From NCBI GenBank assembly GCA_963766075.1, contig CAVYAN010000012.1, positions 1 to 64,000 of the forward strand: a stretch of DNA of 64,000 bases, read 5' to 3'. Positions 9,768 through 19,693 of this stretch are shown in pieces. The notes under the pieces were generated by a model. It saw only the letters and a program-made list of their open reading frames with translations. It was not told the origin of the DNA and ran no database searches. The DNA is from an uncultured cyanobacterium. Its GTDB lineage: Bacteria; Cyanobacteriota; Cyanobacteriia; Leptolyngbyales; Leptolyngbyaceae. The stretch's first letter is position 1, and every line of letters starts with the position of its first letter. A program made the translations under genes and the position numbers.

Positions 9768-12700
9768 TTACAGGGCCACAGGTTGACGAATGAGTTCCTC
9801 TAAGGTCGAGAGGAGACTTTGCTCGTTGTAGGGTTTCGAGAAGTAGGCGGAGGCACCGAGGCTCGTGGCCAGTTTACGGTGCTTGTCGCCGCTGCGAGAG
9901 GTGAGCATCGCGATGGGAACAGGGGCCAAAGAGGGATTGGCTTTGACCTTGGCTAGGAAGCCAAACCCATCCAGACGAGGCATTTCAACATCGCAAATAA
10001 TGCCTTGCACGGTGAGGCCGTCTTGCAGTTTTTCGAGGGCTTCTAATCCGTCCTTTGCCTGCTCGACGCGATAACTCGCACGTTCCAGAGTCAGGGCCAG
10101 GAATCGGCGCACGTTAATCGAATCGTCAATGATTAAGATAGTAGGTTTGGTCGGAGCGTTGGCCAAATTGGCCGGCAGCGCAAACAGGCTGGGGGTCGCT
10201 GGTGCTGGGGCCACTGCCGAAGAATACTCACAGCTTGCAATCCAGTTAAGCATCTCGGAGACGTTGACCAAGGGCACCACGCGGCCATCCCCGAATACGG
10301 TGCAACTACTGAATCCGGGCGGCAACGGCAGATTGCCTTCCACCCGGCGGACGGCGACTTCTTGCTCGGCCCAGGCCCGATCAATCTGCAGGGCCATGGG
10401 TTCACTACCCCGGCTCACCATCAAAATGGCAGGCGCATTGATCGAGGGCTGAATTTCCAGATCGTGGGCAGGACGGGGACAGTTGAAGCGTAACCAGCGA
10501 CCCAACCGAACCAGCGTGACGCGACTGCCTTTGACCAGTAACGACTCACTGTTTTCTGTGGTGATGGTATCCTCCGGTTTTAGGAGAAAAATTTCATTAA
10601 TAGAGTCTGCCGGGACGGCCAGCAACATACCACTACTTTCCACGAGGAGGACGCGCGCAATAGAAAGGGTATAGGGCACCGAAAGCGTAAACGTAGTGCC
10701 AACGCCCGCCTGAGTATTGACCTTAATGTCCCCGCGAATTTGTTTGAGATGCTCACGGACCACATCCATGCCCACGCCACGTCCTGACAGTGTGGTCACT
10801 TCTGTGCTGGTGCTAAAGCCGGGTTCAAAAATCAGCGAGAGCAAGTCTTCATCGCTGGCAGCGGCCAGCAACGTAGCATCCAAGCCCATTTCTTCAGCCC
10901 GTTGCCGAATTCTATTCAGGGGAATGCCGCCGCCGTCGTCTCGGAGAGTGATGATCGTGCGGTTGCCACGGTTCGTGGCACGGATTTCAATCTCACCTTG
11001 TTCGGCCTTACCCCGTGCCCGCCGGGTTTCGGCATCTTCAATGCCATGGTCGAAGGCATTGCGGATCAGGTGCATGAGGGGATCATTGAGCACCTCAAGA
11101 ATGTTGCGATCAATCAGCGTTTGGCCGCCGACCACATTCAGCGTTACCCGTTTTTGATGCTGCAATGACAGTTCGCGCAGAAACCGTGGAAAGCGATCGA
11201 GCACATCAGACAGCGGACGCATGCGCAGATGCGTGAGGCTATTTTGAAATTTTTTGGATGTGCTATTCAGGCTCCGGGTGCTTTGATCGACCCGATCCAG
11301 ATTGAGGTCAATATCGCTGGATACTTCCTGCAGTTGCACAATGGTTTCCATCACCTGCTGTGAAAGCGTATGCAGGCTGTCGTAGCGATCCATTTCCAAA
11401 ATATCAAATTGGCTACTGTTGACGCCATCGGTGGCTTCCCCAAACCCTAAGTTGGCAGCGGCAAGTAAGGGGATTGGGCTGATCCTAGGATTAGGGGCCT
11501 CACGGGTATAGGCAGACCGCAAATCAGTGTCAGCATCTTCTAGAAGTTTGAGGCGCTCGTTGAGCTTTTGGGCCAAATTCCGCAGGCGGTTGATATGGAG
11601 TGCTAAGCCGTTCCGCTCGATATTGAGTTCACCAAATAAATCATTGAGCTGATTCAGTTGACGGACGGGCACCCGCACCGTTGCATCTAAGTTATCTTCG
11701 GGCGGTGGCTTCACTCCACCGTCCACCTGGAAATCTGCCGTTTTCGGGGGCTTAAAGTCAGCGACGGGTGGATTCGGCCAATCAGCGATCGCGGGTTCAG
11801 GGACGGCTGACGTAGGCGACGTAAAATCAACGGTCGCATTCACCGGCTCAGTCTCTGCCTGCACCACCGGAATTGGCTCCGGCGTAAATGGCACTTCCGG
11901 CGTAAATGGCACTTCCGGTGTAAATGGCATCTCCGGTGTAAATGGCACTTCCGGTGTAAATGACTCTGTTAACGCAGCGTTATCGACGAGGGTTTGCCAG
12001 TCTTCAGAGAAGGAATCAAAGCCCCAGTCAGAGTTTGGTTCCGGTTCAGGCACGGTATTGGCGAACTCGGGATTACCGGACTCGGGCCCTGCTGCCGTCA
12101 CGCTGAAGTCGCCGCCAAGCTCAGTGGGCAAATTGTCATATTCACCCGCTATCACCAGTGCTTGGGCGTATCGCCAGGTTTGTAACGCCGTTTGAGCAAT
12201 TTCAAGGAGGCGATCGGGCTGCATTTCCAACGTTTGCAGCACCGATTCACACAGACGGCTAAAGGGGAGCAATTGGAGCATTTCCCCCAAATCCCCCAAC
12301 TCCTGCGCCAGAATCGAGACCTCTTCCTGCAAACAGGGCTGGTCTGGATGCTCCAACACCGTCTGCAACCGCTGGAGGCAACCCTCCACCTCGGTTTCAA
12401 ACAGGACTGGAATAATACTCCGCCCATCATCCCCACCTAGCATGGAAACCGCATCTTCAGGCTGGGGCTCCCCTAACAGCTCATGCAATTGCTCAAAGAT
12501 AGGTGTAATCGTCGTTGCGAGCCATTCGTCTGGAATGGGTTGTTCTCGGCGATCGCATTCAATCACCTGACGTAAACTGTCCACAGCCCCCAGCAGCAGT
12601 GCCTCCAACTCTGGCGAAATGTCCAGTTGGTTCTGAACTTTTAGCACTTTGAACGAGTCTTCTAGCCGATGGGATAACGCACTCAGGGTATGGAATCCCA

Positions 12701-12869
12701 TCATGCCCGCCCCACCTTTAATCGAGTGGGCAGCCCGCAGCGCAGCGTTGATCTTCTGAATATCCAGTCGCGCATCCGCCACGCCCAGCAAAGCATCATC
12801 CAAAGTATCGAGATACTCCTGTGCCTCATCGAGAAACTGGCGGCGAATTTCAAGTTCCTTGTCGTTCAT
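9768..12869 (-). CDS. cheA: CheA-like hybrid kinase (Hpt-linker-dimerisation-HATPase-CheW-REC), PixL-like
   Basis: RAAHSIKG, HLIRNAFDHGIE, SGRGVGMDVV, C-terminal receiver (IIDDS...DVEMP...SKP). Confidence 0.95.
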   Translation of the reverse strand: MNDKELEIRRQFLDEAQEYLDTLDDALLGVADARLDIQKINAALRAAHSIKGGAGMMGFHTLSALSHRLEDSFKVLKVQNQLDISPELEALLLGAVDSLRQVIECDRREQPIPDEWLATTITPIFEQLHELLGEPQPEDAVSMLGGDDGRSIIPVLFETEVEGCLQRLQTVLEHPDQPCLQEEVSILAQELGDLGEMLQLLPFSRLCESVLQTLEMQPDRLLEIAQTALQTWRYAQALVIAGEYDNLPTELGGDFSVTAAGPESGNPEFANTVPEPEPNSDWGFDSFSEDWQTLVDNAALTESFTPEVPFTPEMPFTPEVPFTPEVPFTPEPIPVVQAETEPVNATVDFTSPTSAVPEPAIADWPNPPVADFKPPKTADFQVDGGVKPPPEDNLDATVRVPVRQLNQLNDLFGELNIERNGLALHINRLRNLAQKLNERLKLLEDADTDLRSAYTREAPNPRISPIPLLAAANLGFGEATDGVNSSQFDILEMDRYDSLHTLSQQVMETIVQLQEVSSDIDLNLDRVDQSTRSLNSTSKKFQNSLTHLRMRPLSDVLDRFPRFLRELSLQHQKRVTLNVVGGQTLIDRNILEVLNDPLMHLIRNAFDHGIEDAETRRARGKAEQGEIEIRATNRGNRTIITLRDDGGGIPLNRIRQRAEEMGLDATLLAAASDEDLLSLIFEPGFSTSTEVTTLSGRGVGMDVVREHLKQIRGDIKVNTQAGVGTTFTLSVPYTLSIARVLLVESSGMLLAVPADSINEIFLLKPEDTITTENSESLLVKGSRVTLVRLGRWLRFNCPRPAHDLEIQPSINAPAILMVSRGSEPMALQIDRAWAEQEVAVRRVEGNLPLPPGFSSCTVFGDGRVVPLVNVSEMLNWIASCEYSSAVAPAPATPSLFALPANLANAPTKPTILIIDDSINVRRFLALTLERASYRVEQAKDGLEALEKLQDGLTVQGIICDVEMPRLDGFGFLAKVKANPSLAPVPIAMLTSRSGDKHRKLATSLGASAYFSKPYNEQSLLSTLEELIRQPVAL
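11878..11962. repeat. 18-bp in-frame tandem repeat, about 4.7 copies, encoding FTPE(V/M)P in the CheA linker
   Basis: TCCGGYGTAAATGGCAYY units read directly. Confidence 0.95.
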
Positions 12870-13032
12870 AGGAGGGGGAATGAGGGGGTGGTAGATCAGG
12901 AAGGAGGCAGATGCAGGTCAAGGATCAGAAAAGGCTGAGGCCAAGGGCCAAGAAATAGCAAGGCAGGATGGTTTCATACTTCATTCTTACATTTCATATG
13001 TCAGCCCTCCGCACTAGCCCCCGGCCCCGGCC

Positions 13033-16000
13033 CTAACCCACCTTGAAGGTTTCCACCGAGGTTTGCAGCTCTTTTGCGATTTCAACAGTTTGCCGCAGAG
13101 CGTTAGAGGCTTGCGTCGAGGATTGAGAGGTTCGTCCAGAGGCTAGAGCCACTTCTTCCATAAGGTCACTAATGATTTGAGAAGTTTTAACTTGGGATAC
13201 AGTGGCATCGGAGATCGATTGGACTAGCTGATCAATCTGGACAGAAACTTGAAGAATATGGTTGATGCTATGCTTCGCTTCTTCAACTGAGCGCGTTCCG
13301 GCCACAACCTGTGTGGTCCCTTCCTCCATAGCTCCGACGACAGCAGCGGTTTCCCGTTGAATCGCATCTACCAATTGCTCAATTTCTCGTGTTGCGGCAC
13401 TAGACCGTGCTGCCAAGTCACCCACTTCTTCAGCAATCACCGCAAAGCCCTGTCCTTCCTCACCGGCTCGGGCCGCTTCAATCCCCGCATTGATGGCTAG
13501 CAGATTAGTTTGCATGGCGATCTGATTAATCAGCGACACCGCTCGGGAGATTTGCTGGGAGGATTCGCCCAGGCGTTTGACCTTTTTAGTGGTTTCACCA
13601 ATCGTTTCCCGCAGGCTCAAAATATTCCGCACTGTTAAGTCCATGGCGGCTCCGCTAGCGGCAGCGGTTTGCGTGGCAGTTCGGGTCACAGATGCTGTTT
13701 TGTTGGCACTCTCCGCAACGGATTGAATGGAGTGTGTCATCGCCTCTAGGGTGTTGAGTGTCTGCGTCGTTTTATCCGCTTGCTTCAGGGCAATATCGGC
13801 CAGTTGGCGAATAGACTGTTCATTTTCGCCCAGTGATGTGTTGACCTGCAGGGCAGAGGTCTTCACTTGGGTCACAATCGAACGCAGACTTTCCACAATT
13901 GAGTTAAAGAAGTCGGCCACAATACCGATTTCACCCGCTGTTACGTCGGCCCGCACCGTAAGGTCGCCCATAGCGGCACCTTCCACGTCGGTCAGCAAGG
14001 TTAACAACTGTTGCTGAAGGGATTGGTTTTGCAGGCGTTGCTCATCGGCGAAGGCTTCTGCGGACTGCCGTGCCGATTCTCGTTCAGCGGCGGCCTGCAA
14101 CGCGGATTCCCGGTCAGCCAGAATCTCCGCTTGATCTAGCGTATAGCCGATCTGTGTTGCCAGTTGGCTAAACATATCAACCTCAGACTGCCGCCATTGG
14201 CGCGCACCCGAGCATTCATGCGCAGCGATCAGCCCTAGCAGCGTAGTCCCTTGCATGATTGGGGCGACAACGCTGGCGCGGATCTGGAACCCCTCTAGGA
14301 TATTCTGGTGGGAACGGTTAAACGTCTGCTCAAAAATATCGTCCATGGCGCGCACACGCCCACTTTTGAACTGCTCAACCAAATCGTTCCGTAACGGATC
14401 GTTGACAAACTCGCCGAGGATTTTGCCACAGCCGGGAGCCGCAGCCTCGGCGACGATTGTGCCCGTCCAACCTGGGTCGAAGGTATACACAATGACGCGA
14501 TCGCAGCTCAACACCTGCCGAATTTCCTGCACCGCTGTCTCTAGAATCGCCTCCCGCGACAGGGAACGGCGAATCCGCAGGGTGATTTCTTTTACCAATT
14601 CCGCTTGCTGGGCCGCATCCGCTAATTCCTGCTCTGAGGAAACGATGCTGTCCGCCATCCGGTTGAACGTGGTTGTAAGTTGGCCCAATTCATCCGTGTA
14701 GAACACTTCAGCCCGCTGGTTGCGATTGCCCTCGGCAAAGCTCTGAGTGGTTTTCTCTAAGGCTTGCAGCGGACTTAGCACCGTGCGGCGGAATATTCTT
14801 GTCCACGCTAAAATGGCACCCAGACCAATCGCAAGGACTAAAGCCTGTGCTCCCAAACTTCTACCGAGCAGGGCATTCAAACCGTCTTCTGGCGTACCAC
14901 GCACCAAAATGGCCGGCGGCGCTCCTTGAATGTAGTCCGGAATTGGGGCGTCAGCGGTTTCCGTAATCAAGTTAGGGATGGCTTTAGCGGCAACCGTATA
15001 GGACTTGCCGTTGATGGTGAGCCGTTCAGATTCGGGCTTGCCTAGCGTTTTCTCAGCCTTTCGTAATAGGGCTAGATTTGGCAGCTCGATTTTAGGCACC
15101 GCCTGCTTAATATCGGCCCCATTCTCCTGACTTAAGGACGTTTCCAGAATATATTGACCATTGGGCTGGCGCAGATAGACGGCGCTATACCCACCATTGA
15201 GTTGCTTCAGGGTGCTTTCCGCGATCGGCTTTTTGCCCACGGCGATGTCGGCAAATACCAAGGCTCCTAAAGCTTCCCCTGTCACCGGATCTTTAACCGC
15301 TGTGACCACATAGCGGATCAATGAATCTCGACCATTTGCTTCTGGGGGCAGATCGGGCCGCTCTTTAGCCAGTTCCTTCCATTCCACAAGCGCACTTGCT
15401 TTTAGCTGCTTGAGATCCTTATCCTTGAACAGTTGGCTGACTAAATTACTTGGGTTGAATGTTTCTCCGGTTCTGTCAGCATTGGCATTGACCAAAATCT
15501 TGAGGTCGGGGCCCACCAGCGTGGCGTATTCCATCTTACGGGCGCGGACCTCGTTCTTCAGAATATCCTTAACCACCTGCTGTCTATCCGAGGAGGCCAC
15601 GTTGCCAGTCTGCTTGTAGTCTCGCGCTAGGTCAATGATGGCGGTGTTATCGGCCTGCCCACGGGAGCCAAATCCCATCTGGTTAATTTTGATATTGTAG
15701 TTAGCTTCTGTGACGGTCACTTCGGATTTCGCCTGCTCCACTAACTGAGTCCGCAGACTGCTCACCAGCACTACAACGGAGCTCACACCCAGCCCTAAAG
15801 CCGGAAGCAGTCCACAAACCGCCATGGCCACTAACTGTTTACGCCCCATCGGCAAGTTATCAAACCAAGCCAAGGCACTCCGGCGATCCCCGCGCCTGGG
15901 CGAACGGTGCGGCCCATTGGGGGAATTGGGAGGATGACCAGAAGCATCCGCTTTTCTAACAGGTGCCTCTTGTACGGAAGACGGAGACATTACGATGGGC

Positions 16001-16050
16001 AAGATGTTCTGCCCATTGAAGCTGTTGGTAGAATTGCCGGGATTAGCCAT
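13033..16050 (-). CDS. Methyl-accepting chemotaxis protein (TM-periplasmic sensor-TM-HAMP-GAF-MA), PixJ-like
   Basis: Signalling hairpin [43 protein letters not shown]; one GAF (CDRVIVY.F). Confidence 0.92.
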   Translation of the reverse strand: MANPGNSTNSFNGQNILPIVMSPSSVQEAPVRKADASGHPPNSPNGPHRSPRRGDRRSALAWFDNLPMGRKQLVAMAVCGLLPALGLGVSSVVVLVSSLRTQLVEQAKSEVTVTEANYNIKINQMGFGSRGQADNTAIIDLARDYKQTGNVASSDRQQVVKDILKNEVRARKMEYATLVGPDLKILVNANADRTGETFNPSNLVSQLFKDKDLKQLKASALVEWKELAKERPDLPPEANGRDSLIRYVVTAVKDPVTGEALGALVFADIAVGKKPIAESTLKQLNGGYSAVYLRQPNGQYILETSLSQENGADIKQAVPKIELPNLALLRKAEKTLGKPESERLTINGKSYTVAAKAIPNLITETADAPIPDYIQGAPPAILVRGTPEDGLNALLGRSLGAQALVLAIGLGAILAWTRIFRRTVLSPLQALEKTTQSFAEGNRNQRAEVFYTDELGQLTTTFNRMADSIVSSEQELADAAQQAELVKEITLRIRRSLSREAILETAVQEIRQVLSCDRVIVYTFDPGWTGTIVAEAAAPGCGKILGEFVNDPLRNDLVEQFKSGRVRAMDDIFEQTFNRSHQNILEGFQIRASVVAPIMQGTTLLGLIAAHECSGARQWRQSEVDMFSQLATQIGYTLDQAEILADRESALQAAAERESARQSAEAFADEQRLQNQSLQQQLLTLLTDVEGAAMGDLTVRADVTAGEIGIVADFFNSIVESLRSIVTQVKTSALQVNTSLGENEQSIRQLADIALKQADKTTQTLNTLEAMTHSIQSVAESANKTASVTRTATQTAAASGAAMDLTVRNILSLRETIGETTKKVKRLGESSQQISRAVSLINQIAMQTNLLAINAGIEAARAGEEGQGFAVIAEEVGDLAARSSAATREIEQLVDAIQRETAAVVGAMEEGTTQVVAGTRSVEEAKHSINHILQVSVQIDQLVQSISDATVSQVKTSQIISDLMEEVALASGRTSQSSTQASNALRQTVEIAKELQTSVETFKVG

Positions 16051-16235
16051 AGAAGGACAAACTCACAGTAATGAAGATGGATAGATATAGGTAAAGTGAA
16101 ACGCAAATTCTGGACGCAGTTCAGATCAAGCGGATTGCCCGACACACAGGCAAAAGTAAAAATTTAGCATCCCTAGGGGCAAGGATTGAGTCACTGAATC
16201 AAGGGGCAATTGGGTGCAGTCCTGTCCACACGCAA

Positions 16236-16742
16236 CTAGGACTGATGATGAAGAATCGGCGATCGCACAATGCTGCTCGCCTTGAAAACCCACAGAACCT
16301 CCTGGGGCTGAACAATACAACCTTCTAGGTGGCTCAAGCCGTCGTTTGCCAAGTGTTCGGGCACAGGCTGAATCGTTTCAGGCTTCAACCACACCATGCC
16401 ATCCAACTTTTGCACAGCCAAGCCTACCGTGATCCCATCCGCATTCACAACAATCAGGTCATATTCCCGCAAATTTGACTCCAGCCGACTGCGGCCCAAC
16501 AGGAGGCCCAAATCCACCAGCCACAGGACACGGCTGCGGCGATTGATCAACCCCAGCATGGCCATTGGCATCGTCGGCATCGCTGTCAGGCGTTCGGCAG
16601 GCAGCGTCACCACTTCCTGAACCTCCTGCATTGGCAATACAGCAGGGGTCTGGGGATCCAACCAAAACTTGATATAGGCCGTACCCACACGCTTGCGCAA
16701 AGCCCAAGGGGGACGCCGCGTTGTGATTTGTGTTGTGTTCAT
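16236..16742 (-). CDS. cheW: CheW (PixI-like)
   Basis: 'MLGLINRRSRVLWLVDL', 'VGLAV'; operon position. Confidence 0.9.
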   Translation of the reverse strand: MNTTQITTRRPPWALRKRVGTAYIKFWLDPQTPAVLPMQEVQEVVTLPAERLTAMPTMPMAMLGLINRRSRVLWLVDLGLLLGRSRLESNLREYDLIVVNADGITVGLAVQKLDGMVWLKPETIQPVPEHLANDGLSHLEGCIVQPQEVLWVFKASSIVRSPILHHQS

Positions 16743-16755
16743 CGCTACTTTTTCC

Positions 16756-17118
16756 TCAGCGCACCACAGACGCGATCACTCGGGCCAGTTGCTCGCGACC
16801 AAAGGGCTTAGTAATGTATCCATCCGCGCCCTGCTTCATACCCCACAGGCGATCAATCTCTTGGTTCTTGGACGAGCAAATCACAATCGGAATTTTCTCC
16901 GTCGCAGGATGTTTTTTGAGGGTGCGGCAAAGCTCAAATCCGCTCATCCCTGGCATTACGACATCGGTCACAATCACATCAGGCTTATGGCCGATCGCAA
17001 TATTCAATGCCTCCTTGGCACTGGCGGTAGCAATAACTGAATAGCCGCTTTCGCGCAGGTAATGACTCAATAGCTCCATTTCAGATAGAGTATCTTCAAC
17101 GACGAGAACGGTTCCCAT
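16756..17118 (-). CDS. CheY-like single-domain response regulator (PixH-like)
   Basis: VLVVED...DVVMPGMSGFELCR...IDRLWGMKQGADGYITKPF; start ATG 17118 or 17133. Confidence 0.92.
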   Translation of the reverse strand: MGTVLVVEDTLSEMELLSHYLRESGYSVIATASAKEALNIAIGHKPDVIVTDVVMPGMSGFELCRTLKKHPATEKIPIVICSSKNQEIDRLWGMKQGADGYITKPFGREQLARVIASVVR

Positions 17119-17314
17119 TAATGTAAGACCCATGGCGGTTTCAATATCCGATAACTGTAGGTTAAATGTCACCCCAACAAATCTGCCCTTTCGGCAGGAC
17201 AGAGCCACGTTGACAGGATGTTAGCAATGAAAACGAGCACGATGTTCCTGGTGCAGGCCAGTAAAAAAATCGGTTCTGGTATGCTAAACCTAGCACACCA
17301 GAACATCACGCGAA

Positions 17315-18376
17315 CTAGGTCAAGTGCTTGAATACAGTCTTGAGCAGTTCAGGCTGGGTGAAGGGCTTTGTCAAGTAACCAGAGGCCCCGACCATCCGAG
17401 CTTTAGCGCGGTCGATAAACCCAGTGAGTCCCGTCACCATGATGATGGGAGTACTCTTGAAACTGGGGTGCCGCCGCAGCAACGAGCACAGCTCATACCC
17501 ATCTAAATTGGGCATGCCAACATCCAGTAAAACCAGATCGGGTTTCAGCCGTACAATTTGCATGAGTGCCTTGACTGGATCGTTGATCATGCACACCGTA
17601 AAGCTAGAATCCTCGAGAAAAGCGTTAATCGTTTCCAAAATTGTGGGGCTGTCATCAACACAGGCAATGGTGTAATGATTGGCAGGAGTCTCAACGGGGG
17701 CCGGGGGGGGAGTCTCGGCTCTAGATGGACCAATATCATTTTTATGGGCCGGTCGCGCTAGCCGGGTGATATGTTGATAATTGCGCTGTCCCGTGAAGTC
17801 GGGTTGGGCAATCGCGGCAGGCTTGGATGGCTGGGGCTGTTGTCGCCGCCGGAGACGCTGCTGACACTCTTCCACAATGGGCCGTAGGTCGAGCTGACAC
17901 AGATTGGGATAGTCCCCGCTAAAGCTATGGGCTTCAATGATTTCGTAGCTGCCTTCCTGGATCGCTAAAAATGTCTCCAGGACTTCTTTGGCCAGCTCTT
18001 CAATCAGGCTAACGGCTTGCCCAACTTCAAGATGCTTCTGCTCGACCAGCCAGTGAACGGCTTGGTAGTCACGATTGTCCAGGAAATCGTTATCGGAACC
18101 GGTCTCAAACAACAGCCGCATTTGCACCCGAATTGCGCTCACAAGGGTAGGCACTTGGCGACTCAACTGGCGTAGGTGGCGATCTAACCGCTCGAAGGGA
18201 TCAACGGACGAAGATGTATAGGACAGTTTGCCTTCGTAAAAATAGAGCGACCACAAGGTTGAACCACTGACAACTTGCAAGCAGCTACTGGCATTTCGAC
18301 TCACCAACTGTGCCAACAAACTAAGGGGATGGAGCCGCTGGAAGGGCCTTTGGCTAGCGATAGTTAGAGTATTCAT
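17315..18376 (-). CDS. PatA-family response regulator (PATAN + REC), PixG-like
   Basis: N-terminal PATAN-like region (SCLQV..W.LYF.EGKL.Y) and C-terminal REC (IACVDDS...DVGMP...LTKPF). Confidence 0.9.
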   Translation of the reverse strand: MNTLTIASQRPFQRLHPLSLLAQLVSRNASSCLQVVSGSTLWSLYFYEGKLSYTSSSVDPFERLDRHLRQLSRQVPTLVSAIRVQMRLLFETGSDNDFLDNRDYQAVHWLVEQKHLEVGQAVSLIEELAKEVLETFLAIQEGSYEIIEAHSFSGDYPNLCQLDLRPIVEECQQRLRRRQQPQPSKPAAIAQPDFTGQRNYQHITRLARPAHKNDIGPSRAETPPPAPVETPANHYTIACVDDSPTILETINAFLEDSSFTVCMINDPVKALMQIVRLKPDLVLLDVGMPNLDGYELCSLLRRHPSFKSTPIIMVTGLTGFIDRAKARMVGASGYLTKPFTQPELLKTVFKHLT

Positions 18377-19693
18377 GCGGTAGACTCGACAAAGGTGTAG
18401 GGGACATAAAATTTTCAGGAATCCAACAGTGATCAACGGGAACGGTACATGGTCTGTAGTAAGCGGGCAAGCTCATGATGTGACCAGATTGAGGTACCTC
18501 TAACAGCAACGTGAATGACTGAGTTGTTGGATGGAGGCGTATCGATGATCCAGGTAGATGTGATCAAGGTAGATGTACGAACTTAGTCATGCAGTAAGAA
18601 TGGTTTGAAGTGATGCGAGGAATCCGCGATTTAGGGTGAGTAACAGTCTTCGTGTCTCGCAGTTCACAGCCCGCATCCTTTGCATCTCGCACTATCTGCA
18701 TCTCGCACCCACAACAGTCCGGACAGTTTTTCAAGAGGAATCTGAAACCCGTAACTCTTAGTGTGCCGCTTTAGCCGGAAAGATAAGGTAGACCTATACT
18801 TTGTCCTCGGCAACCTAGAATTTAACTGGGGTATCAATCAAGGGCTAGCATGCGTGGGCAAAGGTGTTCCTCGTGACAGGGATAAACTGAGTTGGCCTTT
18901 TGGAAAATTCACCTCTCCTAACATTAATCACGTTGAATTGACTATTTATCTCTATTGGTAAGCCACAATCACAGCGCAATCTTGGAATTTGCTATGACGT
19001 CTCTCGGGAGACGGCTTCGGCTCTAGGTTACCCCCAGCGTTCCGATCTAGGAACTGAAGCTGAGAACTTTCCTAAGCTATGTTATAAGCTACTTTGATTG
19101 CTGTTTTCAACAGCAGAAATACAGGAAAAAGATACGTAAATGCACTGATTTCATTATTCAATCACATGACTAGCTCTGCCTTACAGGTTAATCGGTCAAA
19201 CCTATGGAAAATCTACACTGAGTGGTGGACTTATAAAGACAGGATAAGTACATCTAATTTCGTACATTTTGATACAGACAAAATCTTGAAAACCTGCTAT
19301 AATAATGAGCGACTTGATCAGCACCTGAAAAGAGGCTGAACAGGGTGGGGTCCGTGGGTATAAAAAACGAGGCTAGGATATGCGGGCTCTCTCCTGGATG
19401 CTATGGGAAATAGATCAAGTCTTGCTTGCTTGTTCAACGTGTTTGGTTCAATAGAATACTTTTGAACGGTTCGCGTTTGGGTGAACCTCAAAAATCCGCG
19501 TCATTAGGGCTTTATACGCTTATTCTGCCCAGTATAGGGGAGCGTCGCCCAAATTCATGGTTTTGTATGAACCGAATTGGGTGTGCGGAAGGGGATGACT
19601 CCGGTTGCGGCTATGCGGGCGGTTGATGGAGTCTTGGGTTGGAAAAGTAGGTTCTCTTGATTGAACCAAAGCGGTTTTTCCTGTCTAGACGTG

